A DNA stretch of 64,000 nt from Candidatus Latescibacterota bacterium (GCA_965203805.1 OZ241917.1:1024001-1088000), one strand, 5' to 3'; counted from the first letter of the stretch, positions 29,251 to 39,719 are shown. The notes: generated from the sequence alone by a model not told the origin. A program made the numbers and translations.

Positions 29251-29673
29251 TCAGCCTTCAGGGTTTTCGAAATTGATCTGCCATCTGATGCCGAATTTAT
29301 CGACGCACATCCCGAAATAAGCCCCCCAGAACATATCCTGCATCGGCGTCAACGTTTCGCCACCCTCCGCCAGCCCTGCGAGCAACCGGTCTGCGTCCGC
29401 CCTGCTGTCCGGGCTGACCGTTATGGAAAAGTTGCCGCCGGTCTTTGGAGGAGGACCGAACGCCGAGGTGGAGTCGCTTCCCATGAGCACGCTGTCGCCG
29501 ACGGGCAGCGACACGTGCATGACACGGTGCTGCTCGTCTTCCGGTACCTGCAGATCGGGAGGTCCGTCACCGAAAGTCTCGATGAACAGGAAGTCTCCGC
29601 CGAACACGGAGCGGTAGAACTCAAACGCCTCCCTGCATTCCTTGTCGAAGGTCAGATAGATATTCAGTTGCAA
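29251..29673 (-). CDS. VOC family protein, PhnB/YjdN-like
   Basis: YLTFD..CREAFEFY.SVFG, RVMHVSL, LMGSD, PMQDMFWGAYFGMCVDKFGIRWQIN. Confidence 0.9.
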   Translation of the reverse strand: MQLNIYLTFDKECREAFEFYRSVFGGDFLFIETFGDGPPDLQVPEDEQHRVMHVSLPVGDSVLMGSDSTSAFGPPPKTGGNFSITVSPDSRADADRLLAGLAEGGETLTPMQDMFWGAYFGMCVDKFGIRWQINFENPEG

Positions 29674-29819
29674 TGCCGCCTCCTGTGTAATATGCGGCGT
29701 CCTGCGAGCCGCAGGCGTACTTGATGGTTATCTCGATTCAATTCAACCCGCTACCGAGCCCCTATCGGGCATCGGCGCCGCCGGATTCCCCATACCTTGC
29801 GATACCGGAACGTGCCCGG

Positions 29820-31076
29820 TTACAGGTAAAGTCCGATCATGCAGCCGGTGAGCATGGTCGCCAGGGTCCCGCCGATCAGAGATCGGAGCCCGAGGCGCGC
29901 CAGGTCGCCTCGCCTGTCCGGGGCGATCCCCCCGATGCCCCCGATCATAATGGCGACGGACCCGAAGTTTGCAAACCCGCACAGGGCGTAAGCGGTGATC
30001 ACAAATGCCCGTTGATCGAGCGGCTCGGGACCGCTCATCCGCCGCGCCAGGTCCACATAGGCCACGAATTCGTTCAGGATCGTCTTCAGCCCCATCAGTT
30101 CACCGACGGCGCGGGCTTCGGTCCAGGATATCCCCATCAGCCAGACGAACGGCCGAAACAGGCCACCCGCGGCGGCCTGGAGGCTCCAACCGCCGGCCCC
30201 CCCTGTAACCATAACGTCGATCTTTCCGATGACCAGGTTCGCCAGGGCAACCAGGCCGATGAAGGCGACGAGCATGGCGAGGATGTTGATGACCAGGCGC
30301 ATGCCCTCGGCGGCGCCCCTCGCCGCGGCATCGAGGCCGTTCAGGGTGTCGTCGCGAGGCAGTTCCACCTGTCTGTGTGAGGTGAGGGGTTGGCCGGTCT
30401 CCGGGATCATCAGCTTGGCCACCGCGATCGCCGCTGGCGCGCTGATCAGCGACGCAGTGAACAGATGCCCGGCGATATCCGGATGGGCCGTGCCGAGGAT
30501 GGTCGCGTAGATCACCATCACCGTACCGGCGATCGTGGCCATACCCACGGTCATTATACAGAACAGCTCGCTCTCCGTCATGCGGCTCACGTACGGCCGA
30601 ACCAGCAACGGGGATTCCGTCATCCCGAGAAAAACGTTCCCGGCGGACCCCACGCTCTCCGCGGAACTGAGTCCGAGGGCCCTCTGCATGAACGCGCTCA
30701 GCCGGCCGATCACCCACGGCAGGATCCGGTAGTGGTACAGCATCCTTGAAACCGCGGCCACAAAGATAAGTATCGCGGCGATTTCCAGAGCCACGACGGG
30801 GCCGTATCTGCCGGTGAATTCGGGATTCGACAATCCCGAGAAGAGTAGCGATTCGTTCGCCTTGAGCGCGGTTGCGCGAAGCATGTCCGTGAGGGCGCCG
30901 ACCACGCCGAAGACGTAATGCCGCAGCCCCGTCTTGACGAGAATGCCGGTCAGGAGCAACTGCAGGCCGCTGGCAACGGCGACGGTCTTCCAGGGGATGC
31001 GCATCGAACGCCGGCCGAGTGACCATGCTATTGCGAGAAGCGCGACATATCCAATGGCGCTGTGAAGCACGGACAA
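29820..31076 (-). CDS. Concentrative nucleoside transporter (CNT, NupC family)
   Basis: NVFLGMTESPLLVRPY, GMATIAG, ISAPAA, MLVAFIGLVAL, NEFVAY, ALCGFANFGS. TTG start inferred from an AGGAGA RBS. Confidence 0.93.
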   Translation of the reverse strand: MSVLHSAIGYVALLAIAWSLGRRSMRIPWKTVAVASGLQLLLTGILVKTGLRHYVFGVVGALTDMLRATALKANESLLFSGLSNPEFTGRYGPVVALEIAAILIFVAAVSRMLYHYRILPWVIGRLSAFMQRALGLSSAESVGSAGNVFLGMTESPLLVRPYVSRMTESELFCIMTVGMATIAGTVMVIYATILGTAHPDIAGHLFTASLISAPAAIAVAKLMIPETGQPLTSHRQVELPRDDTLNGLDAAARGAAEGMRLVINILAMLVAFIGLVALANLVIGKIDVMVTGGAGGWSLQAAAGGLFRPFVWLMGISWTEARAVGELMGLKTILNEFVAYVDLARRMSGPEPLDQRAFVITAYALCGFANFGSVAIMIGGIGGIAPDRRGDLARLGLRSLIGGTLATMLTGCMIGLYL

Positions 31077-31234
31077 TGCGGGTCTCCTCTCTATGGATCG
31101 CGGATCTGCGGAACGGGTTCCGTCTGAAGGTCCGGTCGAGTCGCCACCCTCTGGACCGGCGCCAAAAATAGCCGGAAAGGTCGATACGGTCAAGCGATAT
31201 CCCGCCCCGAGGCCCTGGGTTGGCCTTGTATTTC

Positions 31235-31263
31235 TTGACTTGAATGATCGAAAACCCTATTGT
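31235..31263 (+). promoter_or_regulatory. Putative sigma70 promoter for gmd
   Basis: TTGACT-N17-TATTGT. Confidence 0.55.
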
Positions 31264-31403
31264 TGAGTTTGCCGGTGCACTACGGCGAGCACGCTTCCCG
31301 TCCGCAGTCTGTGTGAAAACAGCCTGTCGTCCATCCCGGGAGTGCGGACCCCTGAATCCCTCGGTACCGGCGCGACTCGGATTCGATTTACAATGAGGCT
31401 TCC

Positions 31404-32477
31404 GTGCGGCCTGGCAAACAGGAAAAGACTGCTCTGATCACCGGCATTACCGGCCAGGACGGTTCCTATCTCGCTGAATTCCTGATTGGCAAAGGCTACC
31501 TGGTGCACGGCATCATCCGCCGGGCCTCCCTGTTCAATACGGATCGCATCGACCACCTCTTTGCCAACCCCCAGGATCCCGACCGGCGGATGATTCTGCA
31601 CTACGGAGATCTCACGGATACGGCCAATCTGATCCGGATCGTCCAGGAAATACGGCCCGACGAGATCTACAATCTGGGTGCGCAGAGTCACGTGGCGGTG
31701 TCATTCGAAACGCCCGAATACACGGCAAAGGTGGCGGCGCTGGGGGCGCTGCATCTGCTCGAAGCCATCCGGATCTGCGGTCTCACCGATCGGACACGGT
31801 TCTACCAGGCCTCGAGTTCGGAGATGTTCGGCAAGGCGACGGAGACACCCCAGCGGGAATCCACACCGTTCTATCCCCGATCGCCATACGCAGCAGCCAA
31901 GGTATATGCATACTGGATCACCGTGAATTACCGCGAGGCCTATGAGATCTTCGCCTGCAACGGTATCCTGTTCAACCACGAGTCCCCAGTGCGCGGCGAG
32001 ACGTTCGTGACCCGAAAGATCACCCGGCGGCTGGCTCGCGTCAAAGTCGGGTTGGATGAATGCGTGTACCTGGGAAATCTCGATGCGATGAGAGACTGGG
32101 GCCACGCACGGGACTATGTACGTGCCCAGTGGCTGATGCTCCAGCAGGCCCGGCCTGACGATTACGTCATCGCATCGGGGCATCAGCATTCGGTTCGCAC
32201 GTTTCTGAATCTTACGGCTGAGCATCTGGGTCTGGAACTGGCGTGGCGCGGCAAGGGCGCCGGGGAAGTTGCGGTCAATACGGCGACCGGGAGCGCGGTC
32301 GTGCGCATCGACCCGCGGTACTTCCGGCCGACCGAAACCCACTCGCTTCTGGGCGATGCGTCGAAAGCGCGCAGCAGGCTTGGCTGGCGACCTGAGACCA
32401 GCTTCGAAGACATGGTCAGGGAAATGGTCGATGCCGATCTGCGCCTGGCCGAACGCGAGGCGTCATTTCAGCATTGA
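31404..32477 (+). CDS. gmd: GDP-mannose 4,6-dehydratase
   Basis: [80 protein letters not shown]. Confidence 0.97.
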   Translation: MRPGKQEKTALITGITGQDGSYLAEFLIGKGYLVHGIIRRASLFNTDRIDHLFANPQDPDRRMILHYGDLTDTANLIRIVQEIRPDEIYNLGAQSHVAVSFETPEYTAKVAALGALHLLEAIRICGLTDRTRFYQASSSEMFGKATETPQRESTPFYPRSPYAAAKVYAYWITVNYREAYEIFACNGILFNHESPVRGETFVTRKITRRLARVKVGLDECVYLGNLDAMRDWGHARDYVRAQWLMLQQARPDDYVIASGHQHSVRTFLNLTAEHLGLELAWRGKGAGEVAVNTATGSAVVRIDPRYFRPTETHSLLGDASKARSRLGWRPETSFEDMVREMVDADLRLAEREASFQH

Positions 32478-32577
32478 ACGCGGACCGGGCCTTTCCGACG
32501 GTACCGTAAAGGTCCGGGTCGCGGCCCCGGTTCACCCATTGGCAACGCAAGAAAACGCGGGGAGCAGGTTCGGAACC

Positions 32578-33861
32578 ATGGGCGACAGAACGCTTTTTGA
32601 TGCTTCATACGAAAAACGCAGGAACCCGTTGTTAAAGCAGGTACTGGAGCGGCTGTATCCCATCTATTCACCGGAAGAGCGCGAGGTCATACGCATCGAC
32701 TCAATCAGCAGGGTCCTGCTTTCTCGCCCCTCGGGTCGGGGCTTTGTCAACCGGGACATCCTCGAAACCGTTCTGGGCAACCTGCTGGAATGCGTCGCCC
32801 CCGGTTCACACAACGTACAGGCAGCCGGACCGTCGGACAGCCTCGAGGATGCAATAGGAGAGATCGTCGATCAGATTTACGCGATGATCGTGCAGTCGTT
32901 CCTGGCCGCGGAGGGAAACGGCAGGGATATTGAAACGCCGGCCCTGGAGGCCACATTTGCGCTTCTTGCGGACCTTCCAAATCTCAAGAGCCGCGCGCTG
33001 TGGAACCGATTTGCGTCTCTCAAGGATCCGGCGGTATGGGATGCATATGTCGTGGCCAGACACCAGTCCCGTATGGGTACGCTGGCGGACATGGACCACA
33101 GTCACGTGCTGGACAGCGCGATCGATGCCCGCGATTTCGAACCCTATCGGGAGTTTCTGAAGGCCCGAAATCTGGATTGCGCATTCGATTATCTCATGCA
33201 GCTGGTCATCAGCACATATCCCGGCTGGCGGGTGCTCTTCTACCATGACGTCGCCCACGCCCTCACCAGGTCCGGCGCAGCGAAAGGCCTCGCAGACGTG
33301 GTCCGGATGCCGGTTCCCCTTCTGCCCCGCGCCATATCGGAACTCGGCGGCCGGTATTACCAGGCCGACCTGCACCCGGAAACCGTGATCGGCGACGCGA
33401 ACTTTCTGGACCATCCGCACCGGGGACTGACAACCGGGCAGACCGGCGTGATCGGCTCGGGCTGTTACATCTATCCCTGCACGATGGGCGGCCTCAGCGG
33501 CAGAGTCAGACATCGACATCCGGAAATCGGGGACCACGTACAGATCGGTACCGACGCCACCCTCCTGGGACCCGTCAGAATCGGGAATCATTCAACAGTC
33601 GGTCCGAATACCCAGGTCTACGGCTACGTGCAAACCGAGACCGAATGCCGGATCGCCTCGTCGGTTGTCGTCGGCACCGTATTGAGCGGTGACAGGAAAC
33701 CCGGCAGGATTCGTCTGGGCAGGGGCGTCCGCGTGGGAGACGGAACCGTGATCGAGAACAGTACCGAACTGGACCTGATCATTCCCGACAAAGCCGAAAT
33801 CCCGGCACGAAGCCACGTCATCAACGACGGCTTCGGCAATCCGCGATTCGTGAGGGAATAA
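32578..33861 (+). CDS. Divergent serine O-acetyltransferase (CysE/EpsC)-like hexapeptide acyltransferase
   Basis: DPA, STYPG, VAHAL, VPLLPRAISE, DLHPETVIG..FLDH, RHPEIGD.V.IG..ATLLG hexapeptide repeats. Confidence 0.7.
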   Translation: MGDRTLFDASYEKRRNPLLKQVLERLYPIYSPEEREVIRIDSISRVLLSRPSGRGFVNRDILETVLGNLLECVAPGSHNVQAAGPSDSLEDAIGEIVDQIYAMIVQSFLAAEGNGRDIETPALEATFALLADLPNLKSRALWNRFASLKDPAVWDAYVVARHQSRMGTLADMDHSHVLDSAIDARDFEPYREFLKARNLDCAFDYLMQLVISTYPGWRVLFYHDVAHALTRSGAAKGLADVVRMPVPLLPRAISELGGRYYQADLHPETVIGDANFLDHPHRGLTTGQTGVIGSGCYIYPCTMGGLSGRVRHRHPEIGDHVQIGTDATLLGPVRIGNHSTVGPNTQVYGYVQTETECRIASSVVVGTVLSGDRKPGRIRLGRGVRVGDGTVIENSTELDLIIPDKAEIPARSHVINDGFGNPRFVRE

Positions 33862-33862
33862 G

Positions 33863-33898
33863 AAAAAAGCGGCGCGTCGGGTTCAGACGCTCCGCTTT
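33863..33898. terminator. Probable terminator between convergent genes
   Basis: AAAAAAGCGG-C-GCGTC-loop-GACGC-T-CCGCTTT; the A-tract gives a U-tract on the minus strand. Confidence 0.55.
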
Positions 33899-34034
33899 CC
33901 GGGCAAGCTGGACCAATGGAACAGACTCAGTCCAACCCCGTTCTTCGCGTGCCCATTCCGGGTTGAATGCCAATGCGTTTCGATCGGATCCCGGCAGCAA
34001 GCGCGCCTGCGGGAAGCGCATTTCGGATTCAGCG

Positions 34035-34853
34035 CTACCGCGGCGCATTCTTGTGAAACTCGATATCCGCATACCAGGTCGACGCCCGGCTGTTGGTATT
34101 ATCGGTATCGGTCATCAGGTAGACGCGCAGTATCTTGCCCGGTTCCTCCCCCGGATATCCTCTCTTGTAGTCTTCGTAGAGATTCCGCACTTCCCGCACC
34201 CACCGCTTCATCCGTCCCAACCCGCTCTCCGCGACAATTCGCCGCCACGACAGCTTCCAGACAAACGGAATGATGGTTGTCTCGGACTTGAACATCAGCG
34301 ATTCCGGCAGTGAATTGGACCAGACGTAAGCGATTTCGCGAATGTTGTTGGTGCCCTTCTCCAGGATCGCGACCCCCAATTTTGCGTTGAAGTCGTCATC
34401 CTGCTTCTTCAACCTGTCGCCTTTCTCCAGCCGCTGCCGACCGATCGTCGAATAATCCACCTTCCACCGCCAGGACAAGTACGGGTTCTCTGCCACATCG
34501 ATGAGTGTGTCGAATCCGCGCTTTCTGATAATCTTTTCGAATTGTCTGGGCGGTCGCTCACACCGTGCGATCCACGGATAGCGGCCCGGGTCCAGCGCCA
34601 TGGGTCGGCCGGATTTTGTGGGTATCTGCCAGAGCAGTGCGGCCGACCTTTCGCTCACGAAGCGGACCGAATTATTCGCGTACTGGAACTTGGTCTTCGT
34701 ATCGCATTCGGCCCAATCCCGCTGCAGCCAGGCGCTCATATCTACCTGCAGCCCGCCGCTTCCCGCCTTTGCGAAGGCTTCGCCCGCCCACCAGGTGAGC
34801 GCGCAGCAGGCAAACCAGAGGAACCGCCGGTGGCGTAACATGCCGAACCTCAT
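34035..34853 (-). CDS. DUF3047 domain secreted protein
   Basis: Signal peptide; PYLSWRWKV, DDFNAKL, IAYVW, WVREVRNLYEDYK, MTDTDNT..A..WYADI. Confidence 0.8.
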   Translation of the reverse strand: MRFGMLRHRRFLWFACCALTWWAGEAFAKAGSGGLQVDMSAWLQRDWAECDTKTKFQYANNSVRFVSERSAALLWQIPTKSGRPMALDPGRYPWIARCERPPRQFEKIIRKRGFDTLIDVAENPYLSWRWKVDYSTIGRQRLEKGDRLKKQDDDFNAKLGVAILEKGTNNIREIAYVWSNSLPESLMFKSETTIIPFVWKLSWRRIVAESGLGRMKRWVREVRNLYEDYKRGYPGEEPGKILRVYLMTDTDNTNSRASTWYADIEFHKNAPR

Positions 34854-34865
34854 CCATCCTATGAA

Positions 34866-35981
34866 TTATCGCGACAGGGTTTCCTCATAGACCCCGAGGG
34901 TCTTCCGCGCGCAATCCCGCCATGTGTATCCGGCAGCCTGGCGCCGCCCTCTGACCACGAGACGTTCCCTCAATGCTTCATCTCGAATCAAGCGCGTCAT
35001 TCCGCTGGCGATCGACCCGACGTCCATTGGATTGACGAGGACGGCCGCATCACCGGCGATTTCAGCAAGCGACGATGTATCCGACGTCAACACCGGACAC
35101 CCGCAGGCCATCGCCTCGATTACAGGCAGCCCGAAACCCTCCGTAATCGATGGAAACACAAAGAAGGCGGCTTCCTCAAAGCACGCGCGTACCTGGCCAT
35201 CGCTCAGTTGCCCGGTAAATATGACGTTTTGAGCAATCCCAAGGTTCCGTGTGAGTTCGGAAAGGTTCGCGTATCCGTCGCCTCGTCCGCTGATCAGGAG
35301 GGAAAACCCGGGACATCGCCTGGCGACCACGCCGAAGGCCTCGACCAGACGTCGGATGTTCTTGTACGGTTTTGTGTTGCCCAGTGAAAAGATGAACCGC
35401 CTGCCCCGGCAGACGTCTGGCAGCCCGTCGGAATGGTCGTCTCCCGAGGAAGAGCCATCGCTTCCATGATGGATCGTCGTGAATTTCGAAGGGGACTCGG
35501 GATATCTCGCGAGCGCGTCCTGCCGGGTGGTTTCTGATACGGCTATCACGTGATGGGACCTGTTGACAGACATCCCTATCCATGGACCCGCGAACCGGCG
35601 GGCCATCCATCCGCGCCATCGCGCTTCGTACGCAATCTCCGGGGAATTGATCCAGATCAGATCGTGCAGGGTGAGGACAATCCGCCTGGCGCTCACACCG
35701 AGGGGAAGAAGGTGAAAAAGACAATGATATATGTCGGCCCGGAGCGGATTCACGACCCTCGCGCCCCCCAGGAGGTTCCGGCCCGTTGAAATCCCGTAAG
35801 GAACCGCTATATCCGTGAAATTCGGTTGTATCACAAGCGGGCGCGGGTAGGCGGCCCGCCTGAGCAGCAGGTATTCGTTCTCCCGATCCAGGCCGGCCAT
35901 CGCGCGGACCAGGCTGAACGCATACCGGCCGACGCCGGTCTCGACATTCCGGACCTCGCGCGCGTCGATACAGATTCTCAC
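34866..35981 (-). CDS. Glycosyltransferase family 4
   Basis: RICIDAR..TGVGRY, LTLHDL, AVSETT, PYKN, FVFPSITEGFGLPVIEAMACG. GTG start with GAGGAG RBS. Confidence 0.93.
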   Translation of the reverse strand: MRICIDAREVRNVETGVGRYAFSLVRAMAGLDRENEYLLLRRAAYPRPLVIQPNFTDIAVPYGISTGRNLLGGARVVNPLRADIYHCLFHLLPLGVSARRIVLTLHDLIWINSPEIAYEARWRGWMARRFAGPWIGMSVNRSHHVIAVSETTRQDALARYPESPSKFTTIHHGSDGSSSGDDHSDGLPDVCRGRRFIFSLGNTKPYKNIRRLVEAFGVVARRCPGFSLLISGRGDGYANLSELTRNLGIAQNVIFTGQLSDGQVRACFEEAAFFVFPSITEGFGLPVIEAMACGCPVLTSDTSSLAEIAGDAAVLVNPMDVGSIASGMTRLIRDEALRERLVVRGRRQAAGYTWRDCARKTLGVYEETLSR

Positions 35982-35994
35982 CGTACCTCCTCTC

Positions 35995-37515
35995 TCACAC
36001 GAGGATCCGTCTGATCCGGCGATAGACCCGCAGTCCGAACTGCTTTTCCTCGTCCTCCATGCCCAGCAGACAGAGGAACCCCCCGAAACACAGAAATACC
36101 AGCGCCGCCCGGCCCAGCACATCCCACAGGGGCGCGGCTGGAGCGGCAGGCCCCGACACCCACATCAGACCCGCAGTCGCGCAGCCGGCAATCAGTGGCT
36201 TGCAGAGTTTGGTCGAAAACGCGTGTACCTTCAACTGTCGAAATACCTGCCAGGACGAGAGTCCCTGCGCCAGAATCGCCGTGGACGCGGCGCCGAATGC
36301 GGCCCCCGTTGGGCCAAACCGGCGAACCAGAACAAACGTACCGATCCCGCCGATCACGAGCGTGACACTTCTGATTCCAAGGAGCGCGTGGGGATACCCG
36401 GTCATCACCAGCACGTAGCCGGACAGTCCCAATACAGCCGTTGCGGCGGCGCCAAGCAGCAGAATCAGCAGCCAGGAATATCCCGCCGGAAATTCCGATC
36501 CCACGAATGCGGCAATCTGGCTCCCGTAGAAGGCGAATATGAGGATGACGGGAATGGATCCCAGCACGACCCAGCGGGTGACAAGCTTGAAGATTTCGCC
36601 CAGCCGCGCAATTTCCCCCCGTGCGTGATATTCGGCAAAGAAAGGATTCGCGATGGGATCGAAGGCGCCGGGCACGGCCCGCACGACCCCGGCCAACTGA
36701 ATCATCACGCCATATACTGCAATGGTTTCGGGTTCGATATAAGACCCGACAATTACGACGTCCAACCGTCCGTTGAGTTCCGCAATCAGATCGATGAGGA
36801 ACATCGACGATGAAAAACGAAAGAGCCTTCGCTCAATTCCCGCCGCCCCATCGGTCCATGTACGCCGGGGATAAAACCTGAAGACCGGAAGGATGGAACA
36901 ACAGAACACGATACCCGTAGCTGCCAGATAGGCCCCGGCTATCCCCCTCAGATCCATCTGAAGGAAGTAGAACAGGATCGCGAAGCCGATCAACAGCGCG
37001 GGTTCGGTGAGTCCCTTGAGGTACAGCTGATATTCCATCACCTTGTGAGCGATCGGAACCTGCAGCAGCAACCCGCCCGCGGTCTGAAAGAAGACAACGA
37101 ATGCCATCCACCGCAGTGCGACCGCCACACCGTCCCTACCGATCAAACCCTCTAGCGCGTCGGAAAAGAACACACAGCCCAGGCTGACCGAAAGGCTCAG
37201 GATTCCTCCGGCGAAAAAAGCAGTCTTGACGCCCCCGAGAGCCCGATGCGTCTCGCCTCGCGAGTGATGGTGGGCGACGTGACGGAGCAATGCCTTGTCG
37301 AGACCGAAAAACGCAAACCGGGAAAACAGATTCACCCAGGTCCAGGAAAGGAAAAAAAGGCCGTAAGTAGCCGTGGAATAAAGACGCGCGGCGAGAAGGT
37401 AGAATACCGGACGGCCCAGCCTGGAGAAGAGGGTCAGAATATTGACGCCGACACCGCGGGACAGCGTTGCCAGGTCCATCTCGCTACGCGCCTGTTCCTT
37501 GACTTCATCCACCAT
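35995..37515 (-). CDS. Oligosaccharide flippase (Wzx/MOP superfamily)
   Basis: Many TM segments; ARLYS...YGLF, FGLDKALLRHV, RLDVVIVG, VAVYG, FGPTGAAFG. Confidence 0.85.
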   Translation of the reverse strand: MVDEVKEQARSEMDLATLSRGVGVNILTLFSRLGRPVFYLLAARLYSTATYGLFFLSWTWVNLFSRFAFFGLDKALLRHVAHHHSRGETHRALGGVKTAFFAGGILSLSVSLGCVFFSDALEGLIGRDGVAVALRWMAFVVFFQTAGGLLLQVPIAHKVMEYQLYLKGLTEPALLIGFAILFYFLQMDLRGIAGAYLAATGIVFCCSILPVFRFYPRRTWTDGAAGIERRLFRFSSSMFLIDLIAELNGRLDVVIVGSYIEPETIAVYGVMIQLAGVVRAVPGAFDPIANPFFAEYHARGEIARLGEIFKLVTRWVVLGSIPVILIFAFYGSQIAAFVGSEFPAGYSWLLILLLGAAATAVLGLSGYVLVMTGYPHALLGIRSVTLVIGGIGTFVLVRRFGPTGAAFGAASTAILAQGLSSWQVFRQLKVHAFSTKLCKPLIAGCATAGLMWVSGPAAPAAPLWDVLGRAALVFLCFGGFLCLLGMEDEEKQFGLRVYRRIRRILV

Positions 37516-38425
37516 GCCGCCTCACGGTTCCGGATCTCACGCGGGTGTTACGATGCAGGTTGATACCCATCCGGATACCCCGTGCCAGCGCCTGCAGCTT
37601 CCGCGGTATCGTCCACCAGAAGTCGAATGCGCCAAATCGGCCGCGAAGGATGAAGAATCGAACGAACAGATTCAGGACAAGGTACGGCGAAAGCCGCACG
37701 TCGCAGTGTTTCAGCCAGAAGTACAGCTCGTTTGCGTAGGTCAGCGGATCGGCTGCCTGATCCGAAACGCGGCAGCCTCCGGAGGGCGCCGCATGGTGGA
37801 AGACCATGGCTTCCGGATCGAATACCATCCGGCCGCCCCCTGACTTGAGGTAGCGGAGACAGAAATCCGTCTCCTCCCGCAGCTGGCTGCCGGCGAACTG
37901 CTCGTCGAAGCCACCGCAGCGCAACGCCTGGGTCCGGAGAAAGGAGAGATTGCCCCCCCCGCCGTGCGAAACGCTTCGGCGGCGGGTCGCGTGGAAATTC
38001 GAAATCACATGACCATACCATGTCACCACGCCGCAGCGCCTCGGCTCCCGGCGGCGCCGGCTTCGTGAACTGATGATTCGGCCGGCCACAGCGCTGACGC
38101 CTTCAGAGTCGTAATTGCGCACATGATTTGAGATAAAGTCGCCCGGCAGGTCAACGTCGTCGTCAAGACAGAGAATCACTTCCCCGCGCGCAATGTTCAT
38201 TCCCATGTTCTTCGCTCGGGTCCCGCTCGCCGTCTCCGTCCGGAGATACCGGATACGGGCGCGGATGGACGCCAGGAATTCCACGATCTCTGGCGGATGT
38301 ACGTCCGTCTGGTCGATGACGATGACTTCGTACGAGGGGTAGGACTGGCGCAATACCTGCTCCAGTGTCCTCTTCAGAAACCAGGAGCGTTTGTAGGTCG
38401 GGATAATGACCGAAACGTGTTTCAT
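37505..38425 (-). CDS. Glycosyltransferase family 2
   Basis: VSVIIPTYKR, EVIVID, LCLDDD, GGFDEQF, EETDFCLR. Confidence 0.93.
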   Translation of the reverse strand: MKHVSVIIPTYKRSWFLKRTLEQVLRQSYPSYEVIVIDQTDVHPPEIVEFLASIRARIRYLRTETASGTRAKNMGMNIARGEVILCLDDDVDLPGDFISNHVRNYDSEGVSAVAGRIISSRSRRRREPRRCGVVTWYGHVISNFHATRRRSVSHGGGGNLSFLRTQALRCGGFDEQFAGSQLREETDFCLRYLKSGGGRMVFDPEAMVFHHAAPSGGCRVSDQAADPLTYANELYFWLKHCDVRLSPYLVLNLFVRFFILRGRFGAFDFWWTIPRKLQALARGIRMGINLHRNTRVRSGTVRRHGG

Positions 38426-38487
38426 TCCCGAAGGCAATCCGAATGGGGTTTCGAAACTGAGAGGGCGCCGGTTAACCGGACGGCGTG

Positions 38488-39570
38488 CTAGCGGTCCAGT
38501 ACCGGAAGTTCGGCGGACGGCTCGTCAGAAGCGCAGAACGAGACGACGCGGTCGTGCAGGGCCGGGCCGTTCAACTCTCTATAGTAAATGAACAGGTACT
38601 CGTTCGCGTATCCGGCGTACCTCCCGCCGCGCGCCTCCGCCCACTCGCAGACCTTCCTGGCCGACCCCGCTAAATTGTACCATTCCCGGGCCAATTTGAG
38701 CACCCACGTATCCACGGGCACGGCATTCAGCCGTTCAAGCGCGAACAGGTCGATACACTTCCCGACCTTCAGTCCGACGCCCGTACCCGACCGTACTTTC
38801 AACGCGTCCACGATTTCACGCCAGTCATCCAGCGACAATCTCCCCGGATCGCCGCCCGCGCACTCGGAAACAAAACGGGCCGATGCAGCCACGCGTTCCG
38901 ACCGCCAACCGAAACGATTGGACCTGAAATACGTACCGTTCAGCCGGGCCAGAACATCGGATTCGGGAAACGTACAGTATCTCCTCCCCATAAACTCGAC
39001 TTCGCGGCCCCACGATTCGGCCAGGAAATTGACCCGCCGTTTGGTGAGGTCCATATGGGCCTGCACCGACAGGATATACGAAATCACGCACTCGAAGGGC
39101 ATCTGGCGTACGAACCGGAAACCCTTCAACAGGTCCCGCGCCCGGCGCAGGCGCCCGTCTCCCCGGGGCACGCGAACCCGGGGTCTTTCATTCAGTCTCA
39201 GGTACCACTCGAGAAACCCTGCCACGGGCATCTCGCCCAGATACGTGGCGACGTCTGACGCCCCCGCGCGATATCTGAGCGTCTCGCCTTCCTGGCGCAG
39301 ATGGAACACGGTGTCGTAGGCAACGCCCTTCCACCATCCGTCCACGTCGCGGCCCCACCGGAATACCTGTCCTCCGGCCAGTGTATGCCCCAGGTTGAAA
39401 TCCCGGGTTTCGATCCGGCCTGTTACAGGTTGCCCGGTAGACAACCGGTTCTCCCGCCGGGCCCGGATGTCCCGCGCTCGTTGACGGTCCGGCAGTACCG
39501 GCCTCGATGACTTTGTGGACAGTTCCGCCATATCGCTATCCATTATAGGTATTTTGACGGCATGCGGCAA
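38488..39570 (-). CDS. 8-oxoguanine DNA glycosylase (OGG1-like, HhH-GPD)
   Basis: FNLGHTLAGGQVFRW, RQMPFECVISYILS, HhH GVGLKVGKC with the catalytic Lys, VPVDTWV with the catalytic Asp, YAGYANEYLF. True start may be ATG 39543 or later. Confidence 0.85.
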   Translation of the reverse strand: MPHAVKIPIMDSDMAELSTKSSRPVLPDRQRARDIRARRENRLSTGQPVTGRIETRDFNLGHTLAGGQVFRWGRDVDGWWKGVAYDTVFHLRQEGETLRYRAGASDVATYLGEMPVAGFLEWYLRLNERPRVRVPRGDGRLRRARDLLKGFRFVRQMPFECVISYILSVQAHMDLTKRRVNFLAESWGREVEFMGRRYCTFPESDVLARLNGTYFRSNRFGWRSERVAASARFVSECAGGDPGRLSLDDWREIVDALKVRSGTGVGLKVGKCIDLFALERLNAVPVDTWVLKLAREWYNLAGSARKVCEWAEARGGRYAGYANEYLFIYYRELNGPALHDRVVSFCASDEPSAELPVLDR

Positions 39571-39690
39571 GTCCCCGGTCTTCCCCGCGAACTCCGGCCG
39601 GCTGACCCGTCATTGGGACGTGGACTCGGAGTCCCGGAGACAATGCACGCCAGGGCAGACGTAAAATGATCCGAGTCTTGAGTCTTTGGC

Positions 39691-39719
39691 TTGACTCCAA
39701 TATCATGCCTGTATATTTT
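39691..39719 (+). promoter_or_regulatory. Putative sigma70 promoter for the ABC-DUF1854 pair
   Basis: TTGACT-N17-TATTTT in an AT-rich patch. Confidence 0.45.
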
